The position numbers and the translations under genes were made by a program. This document shows positions 8,286-15,645 of a stretch of 40,182 bases of DNA, in pieces (the first letter of the stretch is position 1; every line of letters starts with the position of its first letter). The stretch is from a virus (taxonomy: Duplodnaviria; Caudoviricetes). The stretch lies in the IMG/VR virus record IMGVR_UViG_3300043672_000026, positions 1 to 40,182 of that record, one strand, 5' to 3'. A model generated the notes under the pieces. The model did no database searches, was not told the origin of the DNA, and saw only the letters and a program-made list of their open reading frames with translations.

Positions 8286-9061
8286 GGCTGGCCGTCCGGG
8301 CCGGCCGCCGCGCGGCGCTCGGCCACGACCCGCTGATACAGCTTCCCGAGGACCTCGTCGTCGCCGACCTCGTTCACGACCATCGACCCGGCGATCCGGT
8401 GCTGCCCCAGCTCGCCGTAGATCTGCCGCAGCCGGCCCAGCGACGTGTGCGGGTCGGTGATCTCGTCGCGGTAGGCGTTCGGGTCGGCGGTGATCGGCTC
8501 CTCGCGGCGCACGTCGACGACGTCCGGGTCCATCTTCGGGTCGTCGGTGGGGATCGTCAGAGCGACGATGAGCAGGTTCCGGTACGCGGTCGTCAACGCC
8601 TTGGCCAGGCCGCGCTCGCCGACGTCGAGGCCCTCACCGGAGGACGCGACGTGCTTCACGTCACCCATCGGGCCGGTGATCTCGTAGCTGACGTTCACCA
8701 GCGTTTCCCGCATCCGCTGGCCAGCCTGCTTCACCTCGATCCCGACCGGCAGGACCGCCACGCCGTGCCGACGCAGCGCCGGACCGACCGCGTTGAGCAC
8801 CTGGTCGATGCCGCGGAAGTTGAACCGGTAGCCGCCCTTGTCGGTCTTGATGTCCGCGACCTTGTCCTTGCGGACGGCCTTGACGTCACGCATGACCCGG
8901 ATCCACGCGATGTGCACGGGCACCTGGTCGACATCGGTGATCGGGTCGCTGTACTCGATGTCGGGCAGCGGCTCGGGCTGGATTGCCGCCCGGTGCTCCT
9001 CGACCGCGACGGCCGGCTCGTTCGCTACTGCCGCGCTCGCTGCGTCTTCCCTCAGCCCCAT
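8282..9061 (-). CDS. ERF-family single-strand annealing protein
   Basis: YRFNFRGIDQVLNAVGPALRRHGV...GEGLD...KALTTAYR...IPT; directly downstream of the exonuclease. Confidence 0.88.
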   Translation of the reverse strand: MGLREDAASAAVANEPAVAVEEHRAAIQPEPLPDIEYSDPITDVDQVPVHIAWIRVMRDVKAVRKDKVADIKTDKGGYRFNFRGIDQVLNAVGPALRRHGVAVLPVGIEVKQAGQRMRETLVNVSYEITGPMGDVKHVASSGEGLDVGERGLAKALTTAYRNLLIVALTIPTDDPKMDPDVVDVRREEPITADPNAYRDEITDPHTSLGRLRQIYGELGQHRIAGSMVVNEVGDDEVLGKLYQRVVAERRAAAGPDGQP

Positions 9062-10068
9062 CAGGCTTCCTCCGCCATCTTCCGCAACGCCGGCGACACG
9101 CGCAGCGTGTGCGACGTCGACTCGGCCACGCACGCCGAATAGGCGTCCGGGAACTGCTCTTTCAGCCGCTCGTAGTCGGTGCTCGAGCGCGTCGTCGGCG
9201 TGTACCGGTAGGCCAGCTCGCCGGCGAACGTGACGATTTCCTTGCCGGCCGCGAGCCGGCGCAACGTGGCCGCGGACTCCTTCAGCGCCTTCTCCGCAGC
9301 CGACTTCACCCGCGAGCGCTTTGAGTACTCGAGCACCGCGTCGAGGTCGGCGACGGCGATCTCGCCGGAGCGCTCCGGGTGCATCAGGGAGTCCATCTCG
9401 ATGAGCCGGGCGGCTTTCGACAGGTCCCAGTCCGGTTCGACGCCGGGGATCAGATGCTCGTCGCGGAACCGGGTGACACCGCCGACGACGTGCCGCTCCA
9501 AGTCCTGCTCGCGGAACACCGTGGACAGCTTCAGCTCGTTGCCGCCGAGCAGCACCGCGACGTGGATGTGGTCGTAGCCGGTCACGGCCATCTGCCACAC
9601 CGCTTGGGCGAGGACGTCGTCGGGCACGTCGGCGTGCCACCGGTACGCCTTGAACGCCGACCGGCATTTCACCTCGAGCGCGCACCGCGTGCGCACCTCG
9701 CGGTCCATCGGGCATTCAAGGACCTGCCGGTCAAGGGTGGCGCGCATCCACGGCACGTCGACCCGGGCGACCAGGCCGACGCGCTGGATGACGGAACGCT
9801 GCCGGCGCGCCCATTCCCGGGCGACGGGCTCCTCGAGGAGGCTGCCCCACAGGGCCGCTTCGCCGGCGTCGTCGACCAGCTCGCCGCGCTTGTCGCGGTA
9901 GACGTGCACCGCGGTGGTGTAGTCGGAGACGCCGAGGATCGCGGGGACGTCGGATGAGCCGATGCCGTCGCGGCGCGCGGCGAGCCAGGTGTCGCGGTCG
10001 GCGTCGGCGGGCAGCACCCGGTACGCGGTCGGTGTGACGCGGCGGGTGGCGGTCTGCTGCTCGCTCAT
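9061..10068 (-). CDS. YqaJ/lambda-exonuclease-like recombination nuclease
   Basis: WLAARRDGIGSSDVPAILG, WGSLLE, ATLDR, LEVKC, QAVWQMAVTG motifs. Confidence 0.92.
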   Translation of the reverse strand: MSEQQTATRRVTPTAYRVLPADADRDTWLAARRDGIGSSDVPAILGVSDYTTAVHVYRDKRGELVDDAGEAALWGSLLEEPVAREWARRQRSVIQRVGLVARVDVPWMRATLDRQVLECPMDREVRTRCALEVKCRSAFKAYRWHADVPDDVLAQAVWQMAVTGYDHIHVAVLLGGNELKLSTVFREQDLERHVVGGVTRFRDEHLIPGVEPDWDLSKAARLIEMDSLMHPERSGEIAVADLDAVLEYSKRSRVKSAAEKALKESAATLRRLAAGKEIVTFAGELAYRYTPTTRSSTDYERLKEQFPDAYSACVAESTSHTLRVSPALRKMAEEA

Positions 10069-10304
10069 CAGCTCACCCATGCCCGGTAGCGGTTGGTCAG
10101 CGGCGACAGCTCGACGATCCGGCGCCGCCGACGCTCACGTTCGTCGTCGACCAGGCCGCGCATCCTCTGCCCGAGCACGCTGGAATACAGGGCCTCGGCG
10201 CGCTGGGCGAGGTGCACCAGCTGCCGGTCGTCGGCCTCGATCAGCTCCTCCCGGTAGCGGGCGAGAACCTGTTCGGTCAGCTTGGCCATCTGCTCGGCGG
10301 TCAC
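10068..10304 (-). CDS. Hypothetical protein
   Basis: GTGA/TGATG-coupled ORF. Confidence 0.6.
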   Translation of the reverse strand: MTAEQMAKLTEQVLARYREELIEADDRQLVHLAQRAEALYSSVLGQRMRGLVDDERERRRRRIVELSPLTNRYRAWVS

Positions 10305-10531
10305 CGGTTCAGCTCGCGCAGGTAGGCGCGGTACCAGGCCCGGTCGGTGCCCGCCTTGGTGAAGCTGCGCCCGGACGCGACGACGATCTGTCCGGCGGCG
10401 GTCTTGCGTTCGAGGCGCCATCCGTAGTGGCGTAGTGCCCGCCGGTAGTACTCGGGGTGCCAGGTGAGTACGTGGCAGGCCTCGGCGCGGGCGCGGTGGA
10501 CGGCCTCGGCGATGCGTTCGGGGCGCGTCAT
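10301..10531 (-). CDS. Hypothetical protein
   Basis: Coupled 76-aa ORF. Confidence 0.6.
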   Translation of the reverse strand: MTRPERIAEAVHRARAEACHVLTWHPEYYRRALRHYGWRLERKTAAGQIVVASGRSFTKAGTDRAWYRAYLRELNR

Positions 10532-11103
10532 CGAGCATCACCGTGGGCCTGGTCGTACGCGGCCCGCTCGGGTGTGCCGTACGGCGGTTTGACCGGGCCG
10601 TGGTCGATGAGGATCACCGGCTCGTCGGTGTTCACGCACGCGCCGGGGCGGCACGCGCCGGTGACCGGGTCGCCGCAGACGGGGCAGACCTGCCACTCGC
10701 CGCTGGGACGCTCGACCGGGCGCGGGCCGAAGACCGCCTCGACGATGCGGCCGAGGTCCGCGCGGGTGTTGCACGCGCCGAACAACTCGAACTCTTCGCT
10801 GCTGAGGCTTTCAGGGTCGGGCTCGCCGAGCGCCGACCAGGCGAAATCGTTGAGCGACACCTCGCCCTCGAAGCCGAGCAGCTGCGCGGCCCGCTCGCCG
10901 ACGTGCACGACGTCGAACTCGTCAGGCCCGACCCGGACCTGGCTGGCTTCGTCGATCTGCTCGCCGGACAGCTCCACGGTCCATCCGGCGAAGCAACCGG
11001 ACGTGCCGCACCACCACCGCTTCTGGTTCCAGCTCTCCGGGTGGGCGTCGATGTGGTCCAGCACCCGGTGCGCCAGCTCGGCGTTCGGCGTCGGCGCGGT
11101 CAC
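10528..11103 (-). CDS. Hypothetical protein (CGTxxCxAGW phage family)
   Basis: VLDHIDAHPESWNQKRWWCGTSGCFAGW motif. Confidence 0.7.
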   Translation of the reverse strand: MTAPTPNAELAHRVLDHIDAHPESWNQKRWWCGTSGCFAGWTVELSGEQIDEASQVRVGPDEFDVVHVGERAAQLLGFEGEVSLNDFAWSALGEPDPESLSSEEFELFGACNTRADLGRIVEAVFGPRPVERPSGEWQVCPVCGDPVTGACRPGACVNTDEPVILIDHGPVKPPYGTPERAAYDQAHGDAR

Positions 11104-11369
11104 AGCGGCACCTCGATCTCCGAGATGTGCACGAGGTGGCCGAAGTCGCCGATCTTCCCGTACAGCACCTCGTTGTCGAGCGGGAGACCGGCGAGGGCTG
11201 AGCGGGCCGCGTAGTTGTAGGCGGCCGGAACCTGGGCGTCCATCCAGGACTCACCAGCGGCCCTGATCCACCAGTCCTCGACGCGGTACTCCTGGCCGCC
11301 GATGCGCTCGACGTCGGCGCGGATCTTCACCGTCTTGCCCGCGTACGCGGACGGCTCGCGGGCGGTCAC
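11100..11369 (-). CDS. Conserved phage hypothetical protein
   Basis: YRVEDWW...SWM...YAAR...VLYGKIGDFGHLVHISEI; GTGA overlaps. Confidence 0.7.
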   Translation of the reverse strand: MTAREPSAYAGKTVKIRADVERIGGQEYRVEDWWIRAAGESWMDAQVPAAYNYAARSALAGLPLDNEVLYGKIGDFGHLVHISEIEVPL

Positions 11370-11767
11370 CGCCACACCGCCAGCGCGGCGATCCCGGCCA
11401 GCTCGACCGCGACCGTGCCCACCGAGCCCAACCCGACCAGCAGCGCCCGCCACGCCCACAGAGGACGCGGACGGCGGCGCTGGCCCCGGTAGTCGTCCGG
11501 CCGGACCCGCACCGGCTCGGAGCGCACCGTCGCCGGCGAGCCGGTGACCACGAGCGGGTCGGAGATGGCCGCGATCGTGCGCAGCGTCGGCAGCTCGGCG
11601 GTCTCGTCCACCCGCTGGCGGGGGATGGCGTGCAGCGGCGGCAGGCGCCGGGCGAAGGTTGGCAGGTTGCGGGTGCGCTCGCCGACGTCCAGCACGAACG
11701 TGTCGACGATGTCGGGGTGCAGGATGGCGCCCGAGTCGGTCGGGCCGGGAGCGAAGATGGTCGTCAT
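11366..11767 (-). CDS. Hypothetical membrane-anchored protein
   Basis: GAAGGA RBS; YRGQRR followed by a C-terminal hydrophobic helix. Confidence 0.6.
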   Translation of the reverse strand: MTTIFAPGPTDSGAILHPDIVDTFVLDVGERTRNLPTFARRLPPLHAIPRQRVDETAELPTLRTIAAISDPLVVTGSPATVRSEPVRVRPDDYRGQRRRPRPLWAWRALLVGLGSVGTVAVELAGIAALAVWR

Positions 11768-11890
11768 CTCTATGTCCTTCGTGCTCGTGCTCTTCGATGG
11801 GTGGCCCGGGATGCGGATCGGGGGTCGTGACTCGCATCCCGGGCCGGTGACCGGACGGCGCCGCGAAAACACCGGCCGGCGGTCAAGAGG

Positions 11891-11983
11891 TCAGGTGGAG
11901 ACCCGGTCCGGGTCGCCGTGCCACATGCCGTCCAGCAGCGACACCACCTCGGCGAGCTCGCGGACCTGGCAGAAGGCGGCCAT
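11891..11983 (-). CDS. Possible 30-aa protein
   Basis: TGATG overlap with the upstream gene; very short. Confidence 0.3.
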   Translation of the reverse strand: MAAFCQVRELAEVVSLLDGMWHGDPDRVST

Positions 11984-12225
11984 CAGTAGTCGCCGCCCTC
12001 GTTGCAGTAGCAGCCGTCGCACTCCATGCACACGTTGCAGCCGCGGCACTTCGACGCCAGGTGGCAGCCGCAGATCGGGTTGCAGTCGTGGAAGCTCGAC
12101 CACTCGGCCGGCCCGCCGGCGGTGCCCTGTGCCTGGTCGCGGCGGTAGTACGTCTCTTCGTCGACGCCGACGAAGCTGTGGTCGTAGACGATCCCGAGCG
12201 GATCGCGCTTCACCGGCTGGCTCAC
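11983..12225 (-). CDS. Cys-rich hypothetical protein
   Basis: CNPICGC...CRGCNVCMECDGCYC; GTGA overlap. Confidence 0.6.
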   Translation of the reverse strand: MSQPVKRDPLGIVYDHSFVGVDEETYYRRDQAQGTAGGPAEWSSFHDCNPICGCHLASKCRGCNVCMECDGCYCNEGGDY

Positions 12226-12704
12226 GACGAGCACCCGCAATCGAGCGTCCGGCCGGGGACCGTGCTGCCGTCGACGCCTTCGGGCATCGGCCCGGCCTCG
12301 GTCGGCTCCGGCTCACGACTGAAGCCCATCCCGGCCGGGTCGGCGTCGGGCTGCAACGCGGCAGCGGCACGCAGGGCGATCACCTCGGCGCGCAGGCGCT
12401 CCAGCTCGCCGTCCCGGCCGCTCTTGTGCCAGGCGAACAGCTCGTAGTAGACGTGCTCGTTGACGCGGACACGCAGGACGGTGCGGTCGTCGAGCACCTC
12501 ATCGGCCTCGACGTCGAGGTCGGCGGCGAGTCTCCGGACGAGGCCGAGGTTCTCGGCCTCGGTGCCATCGCTGTTCTGCAGGTGCTGGTGCAGGCTCAGG
12601 GTCGGCATGGGCACGGCGGGGTGGTCGGCCAGCCAGTCGGCGAGGCCGTGGATCGCGGCGATCTGGGCGGGCCGCTTGGTCGCGGCCTCGGTTACGGTGG
12701 TCAT
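12222..12704 (-). CDS. Hypothetical protein
   Basis: GAAGGG RBS; GLADWLADHPAVPMP motif; GC3-rich. Confidence 0.7.
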   Translation of the reverse strand: MTTVTEAATKRPAQIAAIHGLADWLADHPAVPMPTLSLHQHLQNSDGTEAENLGLVRRLAADLDVEADEVLDDRTVLRVRVNEHVYYELFAWHKSGRDGELERLRAEVIALRAAAALQPDADPAGMGFSREPEPTEAGPMPEGVDGSTVPGRTLDCGCSS

Positions 12705-12782
12705 CGGATCGGCCCTTCTCGTTGTTGTGTCAGGGTTTGGTCCGGCGGGCCGTCCGGGTGCTTCCGGGTGGCCCGCAGCTGT

Positions 12783-12890
12783 TCAGCTGGTCTTCGGGGG
12801 CTTCGTCTTCGGGGGTTTCGTCTGCTTCGGCTTCTTGGTCTTCTTCGTCGGCGGCGGCTTCCGGCCCTTGATCCAGTCCCAAGGGCTCAG
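12783..12890 (-). CDS. Possible Lys/Pro-rich 35-aa peptide with a CTG start
   Basis: LSPWDWIKGRKPPPTKKTKKPKQTKPPKTKPPKTS with strongly GC3-biased codons; no canonical start. Confidence 0.35.
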   Translation of the reverse strand: MSPWDWIKGRKPPPTKKTKKPKQTKPPKTKPPKTS

Positions 12891-13234
12891 GGCGATGTGC
12901 CGGGCTTCGGTCGAGGGCGCGGCGGGATCGGCATCGGGTCGTGGGCGCCCGCCCCGAGGGCTGGCGGGCCCCCGGGGCAGGCTCCAGCCGCCGGGGGCGA
13001 CGGCTGCTCTACGCCTGCTCGTAGGGCCGCGAAACCCTCGTTGCTTTCGCGCGCCGCTGTTCCCGCAGCAGCGGCAGAGCCGGGCTTCGGCTCCTCATCC
13101 GGGCGGGGGCCCGGGTGGTCGACCGGCTCGCCAGCCGTAGCGACCGGGCCAGCAGCGGCTAGGTCATGGCGAGCCGGAGTCAGGGGGACGAGCGGCTGGT
13201 GACCGCGCGACGCGTCAGGCGGGGTCAGCGGCAT
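12887..13234 (-). CDS. Doubtful Pro/Ala-rich ORF overlapping the hairpin array
   Basis: Overlaps the upstream gene's stop region, but is low-complexity and coincides with tiled stem-loops. Confidence 0.3.
   Translation of the reverse strand: MPLTPPDASRGHQPLVPLTPARHDLAAAGPVATAGEPVDHPGPRPDEEPKPGSAAAAGTAARESNEGFAALRAGVEQPSPPAAGACPGGPPALGAGAHDPMPIPPRPRPKPGTSP
12947..13177. other. Array of about 8 consecutive stem-loops (candidate structured RNA)
   Basis: Inverted repeats at 12947/12963, 12968/12991, 13006/13020, 13029/13045, 13053/13068, 13077/13088, 13096/13109, 13123/13167. Confidence 0.4.
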
Positions 13235-13338
13235 GTCGCACTCACCAAGGCGAAACCGATCAACGCACAACCGGCGACGGCGGTGATCAGACCAGGCAGC
13301 AGGTCGATGACGCGCAGGAGGCGACGAAGGACGCTCAT
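13225..13338 (-). CDS. Small membrane protein
   Basis: MSVLRRLLRVIDLLPGLITAVAGCALIGFALVSATCR; ATGA overlap. Confidence 0.55.
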   Translation of the reverse strand: MSVLRRLLRVIDLLPGLITAVAGCALIGFALVSATCR

Positions 13339-14657
13339 GCCGACACCTCGAGTCGGCTGGCGAGCCGGTCGACCGCGGCCTGTAGGTCGGCGATCATCTG
13401 CTCGGTGACCAGCTGCTCGCCCACGTCTACGCCGGCGATGATGACCTCGACGTCGGATCGCAGCCTCGCGACGATCCGCTTGGCGGACTGGCGGGCCGCG
13501 TAGGTCAGCGCCTGCGGGCTGGCGGGCGGCGCCGCGACCGGCTTCACGAACTCTGGCGCCGCCTCGGCGACCGCGGCGATCCGCTCGGCCGGGTCCGCCT
13601 TGTACTGCTCGCCGGACTCCGCGGCCTCGACCCGGCCCGAGCCGGACGGAGCAGTCGACAGAACCGCGTCCGGCTCGGGGGTCTCCTCGGCGAGCAGCCA
13701 CCGCGGCTCCATCCGATTCCCGCGCAACGCCCGACCCGCGGGCTCCACCCGGCCCGCCTCGGCCAGCGCATCCACGGCGGTCTGCACGGCCGACGAGCGG
13801 ATGCCGCCGGGCATCTTGCACCAGATCTCGACGACGGTCATGCCAGGCTCGCCGGCGAGGGCGAGCACGCGGACGACGTCGGCGGCCAGGTCCGGCTCCT
13901 GCGGCGGCACGGCAGGCGCCGTGGTGGACTCCGTCGCAGGAGCCGGAGTCGTGCCCGGGTCGGTCGGCGAGGTGGTCGTGTCGGCCGGCCCGGGAGACTG
14001 GGTGGGGCGGGTGCGCTCCGCCAGGATTGCCGCGACAAGCTCTTCGGCGTCGTCGACCGGCAGGTCGGCGGCGGCCTCGCGGAGCAGTTCCTCCGTCAGC
14101 TGTCCCGGAATGTCATCGGCAACATTCCGGGACACCTCCGACTTGCTCACCCCGAGCTCGTCGGCGATCTCGCGCACGGACTTGCCGGCCCGAGAAAGCA
14201 GAGCGGCCTTCGCCTTGCGCACAATGCGGCGCCGCTCGACCAGGTCGCCGACGTACTTGCTGACCGTTTGGCGCGAGATGCCGAGGTAGCTGGCGATGAA
14301 GACCAGCGAGTAGTCCGGGTTGGCCTGGATGGTCTCGCGGGCGGTCTGCCGCTTGTCGTCACCGGCCAGCGGGTCACCGTGGCGGGAGGACAGCGACGCC
14401 GCGTACAGCTTCGCCGGGACGCCGTCCGGGATCTCGTGGTAGTCGACCCCGACCAGGTCCTTGCCGACGGCGCGGAACGCCTCGGTGCGGTGCATGCCGT
14501 CGAGGAGCCGGTTCGTGCCGGACTCCAGGATGATCGGCGGGAACGTCTCACCGGCGAGCATCGCGTCGGCGTACCGGTCGACCGTGGTCTGTGACCAGGT
14601 CGCGCGTGGGTAGATCTCGTTGTCGAAGACGATCTCGTGGAGGGCGACGGAGGTCAT
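13335..14657 (-). CDS. ParB/Srx-like N-terminal domain plus multiple HTH domains
   Basis: YPR...VDRYADAMLAGETFPPIIL...LLDGMHR ParB motif; IASYLGISRQTVSKY and SVREIADELGVSKSEVSR HTHs. Confidence 0.8.
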   Translation of the reverse strand: MTSVALHEIVFDNEIYPRATWSQTTVDRYADAMLAGETFPPIILESGTNRLLDGMHRTEAFRAVGKDLVGVDYHEIPDGVPAKLYAASLSSRHGDPLAGDDKRQTARETIQANPDYSLVFIASYLGISRQTVSKYVGDLVERRRIVRKAKAALLSRAGKSVREIADELGVSKSEVSRNVADDIPGQLTEELLREAAADLPVDDAEELVAAILAERTRPTQSPGPADTTTSPTDPGTTPAPATESTTAPAVPPQEPDLAADVVRVLALAGEPGMTVVEIWCKMPGGIRSSAVQTAVDALAEAGRVEPAGRALRGNRMEPRWLLAEETPEPDAVLSTAPSGSGRVEAAESGEQYKADPAERIAAVAEAAPEFVKPVAAPPASPQALTYAARQSAKRIVARLRSDVEVIIAGVDVGEQLVTEQMIADLQAAVDRLASRLEVSA

Positions 14658-14881
14658 GCCGCGCTCGCCGGAGATGCCGGAGTGCCGGCCAGGATCGCGT
14701 CGACGACGTCGCGGCGGAAACGCCGCGCACCGGACGGGAGCGTGATGCAGTTGAGCTTGCCGTCGCGTGCCCAGCGGTTGACGGTCTCGTCGGAGATTCC
14801 GCCGAGCATCTTGCCGACCTGGCCAGCCGTCAGCAGCTCCGGCACCTCGGAATCGGGGTTATGCTCGGGAAGCTGTGTCAT
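14654..14881 (-). CDS. Excisionase/Cro-like MerR-type HTH (BldC-like)
   Basis: LLTAGQVGKMLGGISDETVNRWARDGKLNCITLPSGARRFRRDVV; first gene of the lytic operon, divergent from the repressor. Confidence 0.85.
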   Translation of the reverse strand: MTQLPEHNPDSEVPELLTAGQVGKMLGGISDETVNRWARDGKLNCITLPSGARRFRRDVVDAILAGTPASPASAA

Positions 14882-14888
14882 GGACAGA

Positions 14889-14917
14889 ATGATGCTCTGC
14901 ACAGGAACCTGTGTCAA
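14889..14917 (-). promoter_or_regulatory. Early lytic promoter TTGACA-N17-CATCAT, likely leaderless
   Basis: Perfect -35, 17-bp spacer, ATG 7 nt after the -10. Confidence 0.7.
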
Positions 14918-14959
14918 GGACAGGTTCTGTGTCATTCACCTATGTTCATGTCCAATGTC

Positions 14960-14987
14960 TTGCGATCTGTGCCAAGCGCCGTAAGCT
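14960..14987 (+). promoter_or_regulatory. Repressor promoter TTGCGA-N16-TAAGCT, likely leaderless
   Basis: ATG 14995 lies 7 nt after the -10; no SD. Confidence 0.6.
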
Positions 14988-14994
14988 GTGCCTC

Positions 14995-15471
14995 ATGACA
15001 ACGGTGCATGGTGAGCCCCGACCCGCGAATCTGGGGCAAGGCTGGACCGTCGATGACAGCACCTTCGGTGCCCGTCTCGCGCTGGTCAGGCAGCGGATGC
15101 AGTGGAACATCAAGGAGGCCGCCCGCGAATGCGGCATCCCGGCCGCATCGTGGGGGACCTGGGAAAACGGGGCCATGCCGCGCCGGTACACCGAGATGTG
15201 TCAGCTCATCTCGAACCGAACTGGGTGCGACTTTGGGTGGCTCGTCATCGGCCCGCCGCGGGCTGGCGGAGGCCCGGCAGATTTAAATTGCCCTTTGCCG
15301 CCGGTAGGCCGAACGGATCGACGTCGCTCCACCGATCGGCGCACGGCGACCGTGACCGACCGGCCTACCGGCGGCAATCGACACCGATCAACCCGCCCGG
15401 TTTCGGCCGTTCCGGCGACCCGCAGGCGGCCCATGCCCGTAAGGCCAGGCGATCACCCGATACCTGGATGA
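14995..15471 (+). CDS. Immunity repressor (XRE HTH) with a long low-complexity C-terminal tail
   Basis: FGARLALVRQRMQWNIKEAARECGIPAASWGTWENG...TGCDFGWL; divergent from the xis/cro-like gene, upstream of int. Confidence 0.85.
   Translation: MTTVHGEPRPANLGQGWTVDDSTFGARLALVRQRMQWNIKEAARECGIPAASWGTWENGAMPRRYTEMCQLISNRTGCDFGWLVIGPPRAGGGPADLNCPLPPVGRTDRRRSTDRRTATVTDRPTGGNRHRSTRPVSAVPATRRRPMPVRPGDHPIPG
15276..15292. other. Candidate attP core (GGCAG-ATTTAAA-TTGCC) inside the repressor gene
   Basis: AT-rich 7-bp spacer flanked by an imperfect inverted repeat, just after the folded HTH domain. Confidence 0.3.
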
Positions 15472-15645
15472 CCACAACTGTGGATGCCCGCCGATCATCT
15501 GACCCCATTTGGGATCACAGACCGAGGCGGCAGCGTCACTTCACGCCAATGATCGATGCCTGCCCCAACAACAGGGCAGCTCCCGGCGGGTGTCTGCACC
15601 ACCCGGCCGGGAGCCCTGACCGCCTACGAGGAGGCGACCCAATCA

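Larger units (their letters stand above)
14873..14993. promoter_or_regulatory. Operator repeats CTGTG(T/C)C(A/T) x5 and palindrome CACAGG-AA-CCTGTG
   Basis: Copies at 14873, 14909, 14927, 14967, 14986; palindrome at 14900-14913 overlapping the lytic promoter spacer. Confidence 0.65.

Noticed and set aside
6030-9715. Long N-terminal extensions given by the ORF track (6030-7616, 8282-9715, also 20793-22025)
   Set aside because: The extensions overlap real upstream genes in another frame; the true starts are the coupled ATGs at 6590, 9061 and 21614
12745-13177. CRISPR mini-array or integron attC cassette array
   Set aside because: The hairpins share no repeated sequence, there are no regular spacers or GTTRRRY cores, and there is no cas gene or IntI insertion
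2681-14881. C-terminal AA on several early proteins as degrons
   Set aside because: Often explained by the overlapping RBS and GCA-TGA/ATG coupling with the next gene; only the uncoupled Int LAA was kept
15276-15292. tRNA anticodon arm or tRNA gene fragment
   Set aside because: A 5-bp stem and 7-nt loop exist, but there is no D or T arm (no GTTCRA) and no acceptor stem; no tRNA gene was seen anywhere in the window
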